NCBI GenBank assembly: GCA_000092065.1
Contig: CP000588.1
DNA from: Ostreococcus lucimarinus
Taxonomy: Eukaryota
DNA: 64,000 nt
Strand: one strand, 5' to 3'
The notes beneath the pieces are model-generated. The model had not been told where the DNA came from and made no database searches. It saw nothing but the letters and a program-made list of their open reading frames with translations. Of the stretch, positions 1-11,074 are shown piece by piece (the first letter of the stretch is position 1; the number at the start of each line of letters is the position of its first letter). The translations under genes were made by a program, and so were the position numbers.

Positions 1-323
1 ACGAGCTTTGGAGCCAATACCCATTCCCCGGGCTCTTCCTTGGCGACACCCCAGTGGCAGATGAGCGGCTCGAGAGCGTTGGTGGTGAGAACCACGCTTC
101 GGCCCGTGATTTTACGTCGAGGCGCGCTCATCGCGTCTTCATCCTTGCCGCCGTTTTCGTACACTTGCACCAGAAGCTCACCGTCCGCGAGCGGATACAG
201 GCCATCGCTTATCAGCAGGCGGCCGTCTTCGTCCGGTTTCATCTCGCGCCAGCGCGCCACCGTGGACGGTTCCGCCGCATTGGCGACCCGACTCGTGTCG
301 TCCTCCGCGTTCGAGCGTCGCGG
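1..323 (-). CDS. Partial hypothetical protein; N-terminus at 323, the gene continues past the left edge of the window
   Basis: Reverse-strand ATG at 323..321 opens a frame that runs to position 1 with no stop (MLPRRSNAED...LICHWGVAKEEPGEWVLAPKL) and has strong G/C bias at third codon positions. The overlapping + ORF 40..1341 is Arg/Ala/Ser low-complexity. No domain recognised. Confidence 0.25.
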
Positions 324-1126
324 CAACATCGCGCGCAAGTCTCGACGTCGACGATCCGACGCCGGCAGCGGCGGCGGCGGCGGCGCCACCACTGACTCAA
401 CCTTCCGCACCGCCTTCTTCGCCGTTCGCTCCTCTCTCCTCTCCTCCGTCGCGTCCGCCAAATCCGCGCTCGCCGCGAACGCCACCGCCTCCGCCACGCG
501 TTTCGCCTCCGCCGCCTCTACTCCCGGCGCTCGCCACGCCTCATCGTCCCCCTCCACCGGCGCCCGCCCGTACCGCCGTCGTATCGCGTTCAGCGTCGTC
601 CCGCTCGCGACTTCTCGCTTCAAATCCTCCGTCGCCCTGCGAAACTCCTCCTCCTGCCACGCCTTCGTCGTGTCGTTCGGCTTTCCCGCCTCCTCCCATC
701 GCACGAACGCCCGTATCTCGCACAGATCTCGCGGCACCTCGATCGCATCGAGCGTCGCCGCGTCCACGACCGCGTCCATCGCGTCCCGCGCGTTCGCGCG
801 CGCGCGATGCGTCGTCGCGCGCCGTCGCCCTCGATCGCGTCGTCGCGCCGTCGTTCGCGCGACGTCGCGCGTCGCGCACCGCGCCGTCGCGTCGCGCGTC
901 GCCGCGGTCGTCCGCGCCATCGCGTCGCGCGCGCGATCGCGCCGTCGCGCGTCGCGAGGTGTCGCGGCGCGATCGCGATCGCGCCGTCGCGTCGGCGATT
1001 CGAGCTCGAGTTCGTTACGCGAATGCGCGGCGACGGCACAGCGACGCGCGTCGAACGAGCGGACGCGCGAGACGCGCGAGACGCGCGAACGAGGCGCGAT
1101 CGCGACGGCGCGACCGGGACGGCGCG

Positions 1127-2680
1127 ATGGCGACGTACGCGATGGCGGACGTCGCGAAACACGCGACGGCGAACGACTGCTGGATGGTCATCGGCGACGG
1201 GGTGTACGATTTAACGAAATTCGCGGCGTTTCACCCGGGAGGGGCGTCGTTCATCGTCGCGGCGGCGGGACAGGACGCCACGGAGGCGTTTTACGCGCTG
1301 CACCGGAGCGAGATCCTGGAGAAGACGGCGAAGAAGTATAAAATAGGGACGCTGGCGGGGGCGAAGTCGCTGGCGCCGACGCGAGGGGCGCTGAGTAAGG
1401 TGCCGTACGCGGAACCGAGCGCGTTTCAGGGAGCGCCGAGCCCGTATTACGATGAATCGCACGTGCGGTTTCGACAGGCGGTGCGAGCGTTCTATGATGA
1501 GCACGTTCGGCCGGATATGGTGCAGAAGGACATCGCGGGGCAACCGCCGTCGAAGGAGCTGTACGAAAAGCTCGGGAAGGCTGGGATGTTCGCGACTCGG
1601 CTGCAGCCGGGGCCGTGGATGAAGGATTGCGTCGATAACTGTGGGATGACGCTTCCGGGCGGGCTGACGCCGGAAAAGTTCGACACGTTTCACGAGATGA
1701 TCGCGCACGAGGAGCTCGGACGGTTGGGCGTGCCGGGGTACTGCGACGGTATCGGCGCCGGGTTCGTCATCGGCGTGCCGCCGGTGCTCATGTTTGCGCG
1801 ACCAGAAGTGCGCCAAAAGGTTGGCCGTGAGTGCATCATGGGCCAGAAGCGCATCTGTTTGGCGATCAGTGATCCGTTCGCGGGAAGCGACGTGGCGGCG
1901 ATTCAATGCACGGCGACGAAGACTCCCGACGGCAAGCACTACATCGTGAACGGTGTCAAGAAGTGGATCACGAACGGTACGTTCTGCGATTACTTCACCA
2001 CTGCCGTTCGAACCGGTGGCAAAGGCTTGCAAGCGCTGTCTTTGCTCCTCATCGAGCGCGGTGAGGGCGTCGAGACGAACCCCATCAAGACGGCGTACAG
2101 CCCGGCGGCCGGGACGTCTTACATCATCTTTGAAAACGTCAAGGTGCCGGTCGAAAACTTACTCGGTCGCGAAGGCGATGGCTTCAAGCTCATCATGCAC
2201 AACTTCAACCACGAGCGTTGGATGATCGTCGCCGGTACGAACGGCGCGATGCGCAACGTGCTCAAGGAATGCTACACGTTTGCCCACCAACGCAAGACTT
2301 TTGGGAAAAAGTTGATCGAGCAACCGGTGATCCGCAACAAGCTCGCACGAATGACATCTCAACTCGAGGCCGTGGAGTGCTGGACCGAGTCCATCACGTA
2401 CCAAATGGGTGTGCTCACGCACGCGCAACAAGCCGTGGCGCTCGCCGGTCCCATCGCGCTGTTAAAGTTTTTGTGCACCCGCGTCGCCAACTTCTTCGCC
2501 GACGAGAGCGCGCAAATCTTCGGCGGTCGCGGAATCACGCGCACGGGCATGGGCAGAATAATCGAAGGTTTTAACCGCGCGGCCAAGTTCTCCGCCATCC
2601 TCGGTGGTTCGGAGGAAGTCATGGCCGACCTCGGCGTGAAGCAAGCCGAGCGCGGATTTCCCGCCGACGCGCGACTTTAG
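1127..2680 (+). CDS. Cytochrome b5 domain fused to an acyl-CoA dehydrogenase (ACAD) domain
   Basis: Starts MATYAMADVAKHATANDCWMVIGDGVYDLTKFAAFHPGG...EAFYALHRS, which is a cyt-b5 heme-binding HPGG motif. It is followed by an ACAD fold (GxxGLQALSLLLIERGEGV..., FNHERWMIVAGTNG..., ESAQIFGGRGITRTG, RAAKFSAILGGSEEVM). The ATG at 1127 is in frame inside the larger low-complexity ORF 959..2680. Confidence 0.8.
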   Translation: MATYAMADVAKHATANDCWMVIGDGVYDLTKFAAFHPGGASFIVAAAGQDATEAFYALHRSEILEKTAKKYKIGTLAGAKSLAPTRGALSKVPYAEPSAFQGAPSPYYDESHVRFRQAVRAFYDEHVRPDMVQKDIAGQPPSKELYEKLGKAGMFATRLQPGPWMKDCVDNCGMTLPGGLTPEKFDTFHEMIAHEELGRLGVPGYCDGIGAGFVIGVPPVLMFARPEVRQKVGRECIMGQKRICLAISDPFAGSDVAAIQCTATKTPDGKHYIVNGVKKWITNGTFCDYFTTAVRTGGKGLQALSLLLIERGEGVETNPIKTAYSPAAGTSYIIFENVKVPVENLLGREGDGFKLIMHNFNHERWMIVAGTNGAMRNVLKECYTFAHQRKTFGKKLIEQPVIRNKLARMTSQLEAVECWTESITYQMGVLTHAQQAVALAGPIALLKFLCTRVANFFADESAQIFGGRGITRTGMGRIIEGFNRAAKFSAILGGSEEVMADLGVKQAERGFPADARL

Positions 2681-2885
2681 GCGGTCTCCACGCCAACCGG
2701 TCCGCATGCATCGCGCGTACTTACTCTACGCATTTTTCCTCGTTCACTTCAAATACTCACGATTACGATAAAATAAATTTCTCGTCTCGTCGCGTCCCCG
2801 GAACGCGAACGGACACGCGTTCCGTGGATAAGGAGCCTCCTTATCGCCAATCCCCGCCGCACTCCGCGCTTCGACGACGGATCTC

Positions 2886-4916
2886 ATGCGCGCCGCCCGC
2901 GCGCTCGCCGCACCGCACGCGCGACCGCTCTCTCGCGCCTCCACGCGCTGCGCCGCGTCCAAGAAAGCCGCGCGCAAGGGTAAAAAAGCCGGCGGCGTCG
3001 TGAAGCCGCCGCCATCGGATGACGTCGTCGCATCGCGACCCGTCGAAGACGACGCCTCGAGCGCGCCGGCGGCGCCGGCGGCGTCGTACGGCGGTCTTGG
3101 GTACGATGGTGATAACTTCATCCCGTACGGCAACACGAGCGGGGCGGCGCTGCGCATCACGGACGTGATGCTGAGCGTCGGAGACGTCGACTTGCTCAGC
3201 GAGGCGTCGTGCGCGGTCATGCCGGGCCAAGTCGTTGGGCTCGTCGGTGGGAACGGATGCGGGAAATCCACGCTGTTGAAGTGCATCGCGGGGAAGCGGA
3301 GCGTGCAGGATGGGGAGATTGCGATCTCGAAAGAGCTCGAGGTGGGTTATTTCGAACAGACGGCGGTTTCTGGGAGCCAAAAGACGGTGTATCAAGAGGC
3401 GCGCGCGAGGATGGATCGAGTAAACGCCGCGGAGAAGGCACTGCGAGCGGCGGAAGCGGCGTGCGAGACAGAGGACGACAAGGACGCGTGCATGGCGGCG
3501 GATGTGCTCATGGATTGCTTGGCTGAGTTTGACGCCGCGGGCGGGTACGAGGCGGAGAAGCGCATCGCCGGCGTGTTGGACGGTTTGGGATTCGCTCGCT
3601 CGCAGTGGGATGTGAAGTGCGATGACTTAAGCGGTGGTTGGCAGATGCGCGTCGCGCTCGCGCGTTTGCTGTTGTCCCCCGCGGGTTCGGGCGAGAAAGG
3701 TTTGTTGCTTCTTGATGAACCGACGAATCACCTCGACGAAGCCGCGAAGACATGGCTGGCCACGTGGATCAAGGATTCGCCGTGCACGACGCTCATCGTC
3801 AGCCACGAAGCTGAACTTCTCGACGGTGCGTGCTCGCACATGGCCGAGGTCCGCGGTAAGGGCCTTCACTGGTACACGGGCAACTTCACCAAGTTCCTGG
3901 AGGATCGCGAAGAGCGAATCTCAATCGCCAAGGCGACTTACGAAAAGCAACTCGCGGAGGAAGCGGAATTAAAAGATTTCATTCGCCGTTTCTCCGCGAA
4001 CGCGAGTAAATCCACACAAGCGCAATCGCGTCAAAAGCTTTTGGATAAGCTTCAAAAGGAAATGCGCAAAACTGTCAGCGCGGCGACGGCGACCATTTCG
4101 GACGGCGCCGCGGGCGACGCGTCAAAGATGAACTTACGCTTGACCAAGCCGCCGCCTTCAAACCAAGTACAGCTGAAACTCACGGATGGCGTTCTCGGTT
4201 ACAGCGCTGACGCACCCATCTTGCGTGGATCCCTCGCGCTCGAGCGTGAGATGCGAGTCGTCGTCTTGGGCCCTAACGGCGCCGGAAAGTCGACATTGTT
4301 GAAGAGCATTTCTGGCACCATGCCGCTCATCTCGGGCGAACGCGAAATCACCGACGATCGCGTCAAGCTCGGTGTCTTTTCGCAAGATCTCGCGCAATAC
4401 TTGCCGAAGGAAAAGTCTTGCCTCGAATACGTTCTCGATGTCGCGCGCGAAGACGACCCCGCAACGATTGAGCAAGTCGGCAGGCAAGCTTTGGGAGCGC
4501 TCGGCATCACCGGCACGATGGCTTTGCGAAAAATCGGCAGCCTTTCTGGTGGCGAGAAAGCTCGCGTCGCTCTCGCCGCGTTCGTTTTGCAACCGCGTAA
4601 CTGCTTGCTCCTCGACGAACCTTCCAATCACTTGGACGTCGGCGCCGTTCAAGCGTTGACCGACGGTCTTCGCGGATGGGACGGGTGCTTATTCGCTGTG
4701 TCTCACAACAAGGCGTTCTGCGAAAGCCTGAACCCGACGCACGTGATTCGCGTGAAGAATGGGCAATTCCACATGGAGAACTGCTACGGCCTGACCGATG
4801 CAGACTTCGAACACGAAGAACAGACCGGCGACGCGACCGCCATGGCAAAGTCTGCCGTGACGACGACAGAAGAGGCGGTCGCAGTTGAAGAAAAAGAACT
4901 CGCCCCGGCGCGTTAA
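2886..4916 (+). CDS. ABC-F family ATPase with two ABC domains and no transmembrane domain; the N-terminal leader looks like an organellar presequence
   Basis: Two Walker A motifs (GGNGCGKST and GPNGAGKST) and two ABC signatures (LSGGWQMRVALARLL and LSGGEKARVALAAFVL), with an inter-domain linker of ABC-F type. The leader is MRAARALAAPHARPLSRASTRCAAS. Confidence 0.85.
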   Translation: MRAARALAAPHARPLSRASTRCAASKKAARKGKKAGGVVKPPPSDDVVASRPVEDDASSAPAAPAASYGGLGYDGDNFIPYGNTSGAALRITDVMLSVGDVDLLSEASCAVMPGQVVGLVGGNGCGKSTLLKCIAGKRSVQDGEIAISKELEVGYFEQTAVSGSQKTVYQEARARMDRVNAAEKALRAAEAACETEDDKDACMAADVLMDCLAEFDAAGGYEAEKRIAGVLDGLGFARSQWDVKCDDLSGGWQMRVALARLLLSPAGSGEKGLLLLDEPTNHLDEAAKTWLATWIKDSPCTTLIVSHEAELLDGACSHMAEVRGKGLHWYTGNFTKFLEDREERISIAKATYEKQLAEEAELKDFIRRFSANASKSTQAQSRQKLLDKLQKEMRKTVSAATATISDGAAGDASKMNLRLTKPPPSNQVQLKLTDGVLGYSADAPILRGSLALEREMRVVVLGPNGAGKSTLLKSISGTMPLISGEREITDDRVKLGVFSQDLAQYLPKEKSCLEYVLDVAREDDPATIEQVGRQALGALGITGTMALRKIGSLSGGEKARVALAAFVLQPRNCLLLDEPSNHLDVGAVQALTDGLRGWDGCLFAVSHNKAFCESLNPTHVIRVKNGQFHMENCYGLTDADFEHEEQTGDATAMAKSAVTTTEEAVAVEEKELAPAR

Positions 4917-5051
4917 ACGTTCACTCATTATTCTTTCACACACACTGCAAGCGCGAACTAGACCTGTAAAACTAATGTAGAGCTGCCGTGATTCCCGCGT
5001 GGTGTTAAATTTTCTAAATACAGCGTCGTTACATTTATAAATCTAAGGAGT

Positions 5052-7154
5052 TTATCTCGGCGCGGGCGCGGGCCGACGAGTGAGAGACGGGCGAGTCGCG
5101 CCGTCGGCGATAAAGGTAGGTTTCTTTTCGTCATCCACGGCTTCGGGGTAGTCCAAGGTGTAGTGTAAGCCGCGAGACTCTTTACGCATGAGCGCGCACC
5201 GCAACATGAGCTCACCCGCGTCGAGCAGATTCATGACCTCAGCGAGCTGCATGGTGTAGCCCTTCGTCACACTCAGGCGTTCCTCGCACGCGGTGGCGAG
5301 CTCTCGAAGCTTTAAGAGCGCGACTTCCATCTCCGCCGTCGTTCGAACGATTCCCGCCGCGTTCCACATCGTGCGTTGAATTTCGCGACGAGTGTCGCGT
5401 TCCCACGAGTCGTGCTCCGCCGTGAAGTTTCGTAGCACGTCGCCGCGCGTGAGGTCGTCGCATCGTTCGTCGAGCCAGCGACGCAAGTCTTCATCGTCGA
5501 CGTCGAGCGAAGGTAACTCAGCGCGCAACGCGTCGATTTCGTTTGCTACGGACACCACCGCGCGACGCGCGAAGACGATACCCTCGAGCAAAGAATTACT
5601 CGCCAACCTATTCGCGCCGTGCACGCCGGTGTACGCGACTTCGCCGCACGCAAACAATCCACGCAAGGAGGTTTCGCCGTTTTCGTTCGTGCTCACGCCG
5701 CCGCACATGTAGTGCGCCGCGGGGACGACGGGAATGCGCTGCTTCGTCATGTCCAATCCTCGACGATCAAGCTCCGCGGCGACTCCCGGGAAGTTGCGTC
5801 GAATCTCTTCTCCGTCGACGTGCGTGATGTCCAAAAACACGCACGGCGCTCGCGTGCGTTTCATCTCGCTATCGATGCTTCTCGCCACGACGTCTCGCGG
5901 CGCGAGTTCTTCTCTCTCGTCGTATCTCGCCATGAAGCGCTCGCCCTCGGCGTTGTACAGCCGACCACCGTGCCCGCGCACGGCTTCCGTGATTAAAAAT
6001 GCATTTTCGTTTTGGTTGAGCTTCGCGGCGCCGCCTTCGCCCGTGTACAGCGCGGTGGGGTGAAACTGCATAAACTCCATGTTGGCCACCGCGACGCCCG
6101 CGCGCGTCGCCATGGCGATGCCGTCGCCCGTGCTCACCACGGGATTCGTCGTGCTCGGAAATAGGTGTCCGGCGCCACCGCACGCCAGCACGGTGGACGA
6201 CGCGACGAAGGCTATCGTCTTACCTCGGGCTTCGTCCACGACGAGCGCCCCGGCGCAGCGTTCGCCGTCTCGCGTCTTGAGCAACTCCATGGCGAAGTGA
6301 TACTCGTAAAACGTAATCCTCGGGTTCGCCTTAGCGGCTTCGAGCAAAGCGCGCTCGATCTCCTTTCCCGTCATGTCGTCCGCGTGCACGATGCGATGCC
6401 GACTGTGCCCTCCCTCGCGCGCGAGGTGCAGGCGTCCGTCGGCGTCGTCTCGCGTAAACCGCGTGCCTCTCTCGATGAGCGTCTCGACCGCCGCCTTCGA
6501 ATCCTCCACCATCACGCGCACCGCATTTTCATCGCACAAAAACCCACCCGCGACGCACGTGTCCCGCACGTGCTCATCCACGGAATCGAGCGTATCCACC
6601 ACGGCGCTGATGCCGCCCTGCGCGTACGTCGTCGCCGCCTCGAACGCGCGCGCCTTCGTCACGATCGCCACCTCTCCCACCTCCGCCGCGTCCAGCGCGT
6701 ACGACAGTCCCGCGATCCCGCTTCCGATCACCGCGAAATCCACGCGCACGCGCGCCTCCGTCGCGCCGCGTCCTCGCCCTCGTCGCGCGCGCGCGCGCGA
6801 GATCTCCGATTCGCCGCGCATTTCCCCGCCTCGCGCGCGCGTCTCTCGCGCCCGCGCCGCCGCGCGCGTCCCCGACGTCGCCCGCGTTCGTCCGCGTTCG
6901 CTCGCGTCCGTCTCCCCGCCGTTTCCCGCCTCGCGCGCGTCCTCGTCGACCGACGGCGACCGCACCGCGCGCGCCGTCCCTCGCCCTCGCGCGCGCGCGC
7001 GCGTCGCGCGCGTTGTCTCTGCGCGCGCCGCGCCCGCGGCGCGCGCGTCGGCGCGCGCGCGCGCCGCGCGCGCGTCCGCGATCGGCGCGCGCGTCGTCGC
7101 GCGTCGCCATCGCGCCGTCGACGTCGCCGTCGGCGTCATCGCGATCGTGCGCAT
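5052..7154 (-). CDS. L-aspartate oxidase (NAD biosynthesis), with a long low-complexity N-terminal extension that is probably a transit peptide
   Basis: FAD-binding motif DFAVIGSGIAGLSYAL, then RHRIVHADDMTGKEIERAL, FMQFHPTALY, AAHYMCGGV and the C-terminal succinate-dehydrogenase-like helical domain. The true ATG may lie downstream of 7154 inside the Ala/Arg/Thr-rich leader. Confidence 0.85.
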   Translation of the reverse strand: MRTIAMTPTATSTARWRRATTRAPIADARAARARADARAAGAARAETTRATRARARGRGTARAVRSPSVDEDAREAGNGGETDASERGRTRATSGTRAAARARETRARGGEMRGESEISRARARRGRGRGATEARVRVDFAVIGSGIAGLSYALDAAEVGEVAIVTKARAFEAATTYAQGGISAVVDTLDSVDEHVRDTCVAGGFLCDENAVRVMVEDSKAAVETLIERGTRFTRDDADGRLHLAREGGHSRHRIVHADDMTGKEIERALLEAAKANPRITFYEYHFAMELLKTRDGERCAGALVVDEARGKTIAFVASSTVLACGGAGHLFPSTTNPVVSTGDGIAMATRAGVAVANMEFMQFHPTALYTGEGGAAKLNQNENAFLITEAVRGHGGRLYNAEGERFMARYDEREELAPRDVVARSIDSEMKRTRAPCVFLDITHVDGEEIRRNFPGVAAELDRRGLDMTKQRIPVVPAAHYMCGGVSTNENGETSLRGLFACGEVAYTGVHGANRLASNSLLEGIVFARRAVVSVANEIDALRAELPSLDVDDEDLRRWLDERCDDLTRGDVLRNFTAEHDSWERDTRREIQRTMWNAAGIVRTTAEMEVALLKLRELATACEERLSVTKGYTMQLAEVMNLLDAGELMLRCALMRKESRGLHYTLDYPEAVDDEKKPTFIADGATRPSLTRRPAPAPR

Positions 7155-7492
7155 CGCGCGCGTCGGAGCGCGCCGCGCGTCGCGGTGGGCGTCCCGCGCG
7201 GCGCACGCGCGCGTCGCGTCGACGCGCGCGTCGCCGCGAGGTCGCGTCGCTGTGCGGTCGCCGTCGACGCGACGCCGCGGCGACGCCGCGCTGGATGGCG
7301 GATAGCGTATCGTTCAATTCCTACGTCTCACTCATTCTACAGCACCGTATGTCCGAATCAAACAGAGGATCGTCCACGATGAAACGTATACCGTCTACAA
7401 ATAGAAGTATGGAAAACTTGTCTTGACTACGATAAAAACTCGAACGCCGACGCGCGCGCGCGACCGACGCGCGCGAGACGGCGACGCGCGCG

Positions 7493-10400
7493 ATGCCGTG
7501 CGCGCTCGCGCACGCGTGGCCCAAGACGCGCTCCAGCGCGCGCGACGACCGCGCGTCGCGCGCGACGCCTCGCGACGCCGCGACGACGCGCGATGGCGAC
7601 GCGAACACCGACGCCACCGACGACGACGACGCGACGACGGCGTGCGGCGCGGCGGTGCACCGCGAGGGCGCGTTCCTCGCCGCGTTCGACGCGCGCGGCG
7701 TCGAGGCGCGCGCGATCGGACGGCACGGCCGGAGCGGGCGCGAAGTGGGGAGGATCGAGACGGACGCGCGCGCGCGGGGCGAACGCGTCGTCGCGTGCGG
7801 TTGGCGCGAGGCGTCGGCGCGACGCGGAACGCGCGCGCGGGACGCGGGGGGGGGGTGGGACGTCGAGGATGGGCGAGAGGGACGCGATGAACGGTTGGGG
7901 ACGTCGCTCGTGAGCGTGAGCGCGGATGGGGAGGTTTATATATCGAGGGCGAGCGCGACGACGCGGAGCGACGGCGAGTTTGAGGGAACGCTGGAGATCG
8001 AACGCGTCGTGACGTTGGACGACGGCGAGCGGGCGACGTGTTGCGCGAGCGATGACGATGAAATCGTGGTCGGGACGGATAGGGGGCGGGTGGTGTTTTT
8101 GTGCTGGGAGGAGGGGTCGGAGGGGCGAAGCGCGACGTGCGCGCGGAGCGAACGAGACGGCGGCGCGACGAGCGTGGCGTGGTGCCGCGATACCGGTACG
8201 GTGGTCGTGCGGTTCGATGCGGGAGCGGTGTGCGCGCTGGAGATTGATGCGGCGGGCGACGTGCGGCGAAGGAACTGGTTCGATGCGTTCCCGTGTCCGG
8301 CGACGTGCGCCGCGTTTCATCGAGGCTCGCGGCGGCTCGCGCTCGGCACAGCCGACGGCGAAATCCGCGTGTACGACGACGCGATGACGTCGGAGGCCGC
8401 GAAACCGCGACATGTTTTCGGGTTAAGTCCGTGGGGCTTCGGCGTGGAAGACACTGGCGCGTTAGCGCACGCTTCTTGGTCGAACGACGGGCGAGCGCTC
8501 GCCGTCGGTTGGCGTCGGCGCGGCGTGAGCGTGTGGAGCGAATCGGGATGTTTGCTCATGTGTACTTTACATCACGGCGGCGGCGATAGCGCGGTGGGAA
8601 CATCGTCTTCGCCGCGCGCGACGTTCACGGGTGACGAGGAAGTGCCAGAGATGGGCGCTTGTCTGGCCCCGCCCGCGTGGGGCGTCGGCGACTACGCGTT
8701 GTTCGTCCCGGTGCGGTCCGAGTCTGGTTCGAAAGTTTTAGAGTACGCGCTCGCGAAGAGCGTGTCGAACAGTCGCGTCGCCCCTCGATCATACGATGGC
8801 GGTTGCGATCACGATGATGCATCACTGCTTCTTGGTGACGATCGTATTTTCATCGTCGCCTCGAGCGCGACGAGCACCAGAGTTCACGCGCGACAGGAAG
8901 TGTGTCCGAGCGAGTACGTCCAGCGTCAGTGGCCCATGTGCGTGGCGGGAATGAGCCCGAGCGGCGATCGAGTCGCCGTCGGAGGCGTGCGAGGATGCGT
9001 CGTGTTTGACACGCGCGGTGAATGCTGGAGTCAGTTAGGAGACGTGGAAGAGGAGAACTCCTTCGAGGCAATCGCGTTCGATTGGATGCAACCGGCACCG
9101 CCGACATCGGGGCGGCAGCGTAGCGTGTTGCAGCCGGTACTCGCCATCGTCGCTCGATTAGGTAGAACGAGGATGTTTACAAAGTCTATCAAGTTGTCGT
9201 ACGGCATTAGCTTTTACGCCGACGGCGGAAAGGGTGACCTTTTGATGACGATGCCGCTACCATCCGAGGCGACGGGCGCATACGCGTGCGGAGAATTCTT
9301 ACTCGTGAGCTTCTCGAATGGCGAAATAGCAGTGTACGAGGTGGAAGAAATGTCATCGAACGTGGGAGCGATTTCCGCACACCACGTTCGCGAGGATGCG
9401 GGACAGCGACGGAAAACAACCTTAAACGCGGGCGGGCGCGTGCAAGGAATGTGCGCGGTGCCGCCGGCGGCGGCGCCCGAGCGAGCGCCGAGCGAGTGCG
9501 TAGTTTTGACAGAAGCTGGCGAACTCTTCGTCGTAGACTTGACGGATGAGTACGATCAGGTGAAGCTCTTTGATGACGTCGCGGAGTTCTGGGTCGTTGG
9601 AAGCGCGAACGCACCGCAAGAAATGATGATGCAAGGGGACGAAAGCAGCGACTTTGAGAGCGACGCGAGAGATTCGCTTTCTGTGGACGGGGGATGCGTA
9701 TTTGCCTATGGTGCCGAAGGGATGCGCATATGTTACTTTCCGAATGGCGACTTACGACAAATCCTCATCAACGGCGCAACGTCGTGTGACGTTGAGCGCG
9801 CGGCGAACAATCCAGAACTCGAGTTTGATCGAGAATTGTATCCGATGAGCGTGAGCCTGAATATGAATCGCATCATCGGAGTGACGCAAAAGTTTTCCTT
9901 CGCAGATGCGGTAGACATGCCATACTTCACAATCGCACCCAAATCGCACACAATTGTGCCTTACATTTTGCGCAAGCTTTTGAGTTCTGGCCAGCACGAC
10001 GCCGCGTTGCGATATGCGCGTGCCGCTCGACGACAGACGCCGCACTTCATGCATGCGCTCGAATGGTTGCTCTTCACAGCGCTGGAACGCTCGAATCGCG
10101 AAATCACGTCACAAACAGTACTCAAGCAATCGATTGCACTGCTGTCGGAGTTGCCAAATTATCTTGACGTCATCGTGAGCGTGGCGCGGAAGACAGACAA
10201 CACGCGATGGGAATCGCTCTTCAAATATGCCGGTAAACCAAGCGAGCTTTGTGTCAAGGCGTTGAAATTAAAGCGCATTCGTATCGCGGCGTGCTACATT
10301 CTCGTCGTCGATAAACTTGAGGGCGAAACAATGGGACGTGAAATCGCCGTGCGCGTGATGAGAGCCGCGCTGGAAGCCCGCGAGTACAAGCTCGTCGAAG

Positions 10401-11074
10401 ACCTCATCAAGTTTTTACTGCAGCCAGCAGACGAAGCGGCGAAGGAAAATCAAAAGCCTGGAATCTTCAAGCGCGTGCTTGAAGTCATCGCTCCGCCGCC
10501 AAACAGCGTAATTGCGTTAGGCGGGCGCGCAGATCGTGAGCTTGCGCTTGGTGAACCAGAACAACTGTTATTGAAGTCGCACGTCGACTCTCTGGGCCGC
10601 GAACGCGATGTCGCGGCGATGGGAGCTTTTATGAGCGAAACGTCCTTTGACGGCGTCGCTTACTTGAAACACGAGACGGACGAGAATGGTGAAGCGTACA
10701 TCTCCGATTTCGCGGGCAGTATCGAGTTAGCAGCGCGGCGATTACGAGAAGGAAAATTACGACGAGCGGCGTCGAGTCAAAGTTCTCGCACAGAGAGTTT
10801 ATTTCTCGTCGATCCCACGCGCGCCGTCGGATCGAAAGTCGAAAGCGACGCCACTTACGTCACCTCGCTTCTCGCCACCGCGCGCGAGGCGGGTTGTACC
10901 GACTGGTCTTTACTACTCGCTACTCTTTTAGGACGCGCAGACGTCCTAAACGAGTTTTTCACGAACGAACCGGCGCTTCGAGAACCTTGGATGAACATCG
11001 CAAAGCGCGTCGCGACAAACACGAGCGACGCGACGTTGAAGAATCACCTCACGGCGCTCGTCTCGGATATTTGA
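7493..11074 (+). CDS. Large WD40-like propeller plus alpha-helical protein, provisionally a RIC1-like Rab6 GEF subunit
   Basis: N-terminal half has WD-like blades (GEIRVYDD, LAVGWRRRGVSVWSESG, VAVGGVRGCVVFDTRGECW). The C-terminal half is alpha-helical (ILRKLLSSGQHDAALRYARAARRQTPHFMHALEWLLFTALE...), resembling the RIC1 domain architecture. The first ~130 codons are low-complexity, so the start is uncertain. Confidence 0.45.
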   Translation: MPCALAHAWPKTRSSARDDRASRATPRDAATTRDGDANTDATDDDDATTACGAAVHREGAFLAAFDARGVEARAIGRHGRSGREVGRIETDARARGERVVACGWREASARRGTRARDAGGGWDVEDGREGRDERLGTSLVSVSADGEVYISRASATTRSDGEFEGTLEIERVVTLDDGERATCCASDDDEIVVGTDRGRVVFLCWEEGSEGRSATCARSERDGGATSVAWCRDTGTVVVRFDAGAVCALEIDAAGDVRRRNWFDAFPCPATCAAFHRGSRRLALGTADGEIRVYDDAMTSEAAKPRHVFGLSPWGFGVEDTGALAHASWSNDGRALAVGWRRRGVSVWSESGCLLMCTLHHGGGDSAVGTSSSPRATFTGDEEVPEMGACLAPPAWGVGDYALFVPVRSESGSKVLEYALAKSVSNSRVAPRSYDGGCDHDDASLLLGDDRIFIVASSATSTRVHARQEVCPSEYVQRQWPMCVAGMSPSGDRVAVGGVRGCVVFDTRGECWSQLGDVEEENSFEAIAFDWMQPAPPTSGRQRSVLQPVLAIVARLGRTRMFTKSIKLSYGISFYADGGKGDLLMTMPLPSEATGAYACGEFLLVSFSNGEIAVYEVEEMSSNVGAISAHHVREDAGQRRKTTLNAGGRVQGMCAVPPAAAPERAPSECVVLTEAGELFVVDLTDEYDQVKLFDDVAEFWVVGSANAPQEMMMQGDESSDFESDARDSLSVDGGCVFAYGAEGMRICYFPNGDLRQILINGATSCDVERAANNPELEFDRELYPMSVSLNMNRIIGVTQKFSFADAVDMPYFTIAPKSHTIVPYILRKLLSSGQHDAALRYARAARRQTPHFMHALEWLLFTALERSNREITSQTVLKQSIALLSELPNYLDVIVSVARKTDNTRWESLFKYAGKPSELCVKALKLKRIRIAACYILVVDKLEGETMGREIAVRVMRAALEAREYKLVEDLIKFLLQPADEAAKENQKPGIFKRVLEVIAPPPNSVIALGGRADRELALGEPEQLLLKSHVDSLGRERDVAAMGAFMSETSFDGVAYLKHETDENGEAYISDFAGSIELAARRLREGKLRRAASSQSSRTESLFLVDPTRAVGSKVESDATYVTSLLATAREAGCTDWSLLLATLLGRADVLNEFFTNEPALREPWMNIAKRVATNTSDATLKNHLTALVSDI

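Noticed and set aside
40-1341. 433-aa + strand ORF at the window start
   Set aside because: Almost pure Arg/Ala/Ser/Thr low complexity with no domain. It overlaps a better-looking minus-strand partial CDS (1..323) and the leader of the b5-ACAD gene, and is a typical high-GC open-frame artefact.
6165-7382. ORFs 6165..7382(+), 6373..7305(+) and 6574..7317(-) overlapping the L-aspartate oxidase 5' region
   Set aside because: All are Arg/Ala-rich low complexity overlapping a confident gene and its transit-peptide leader; none has a domain signature.
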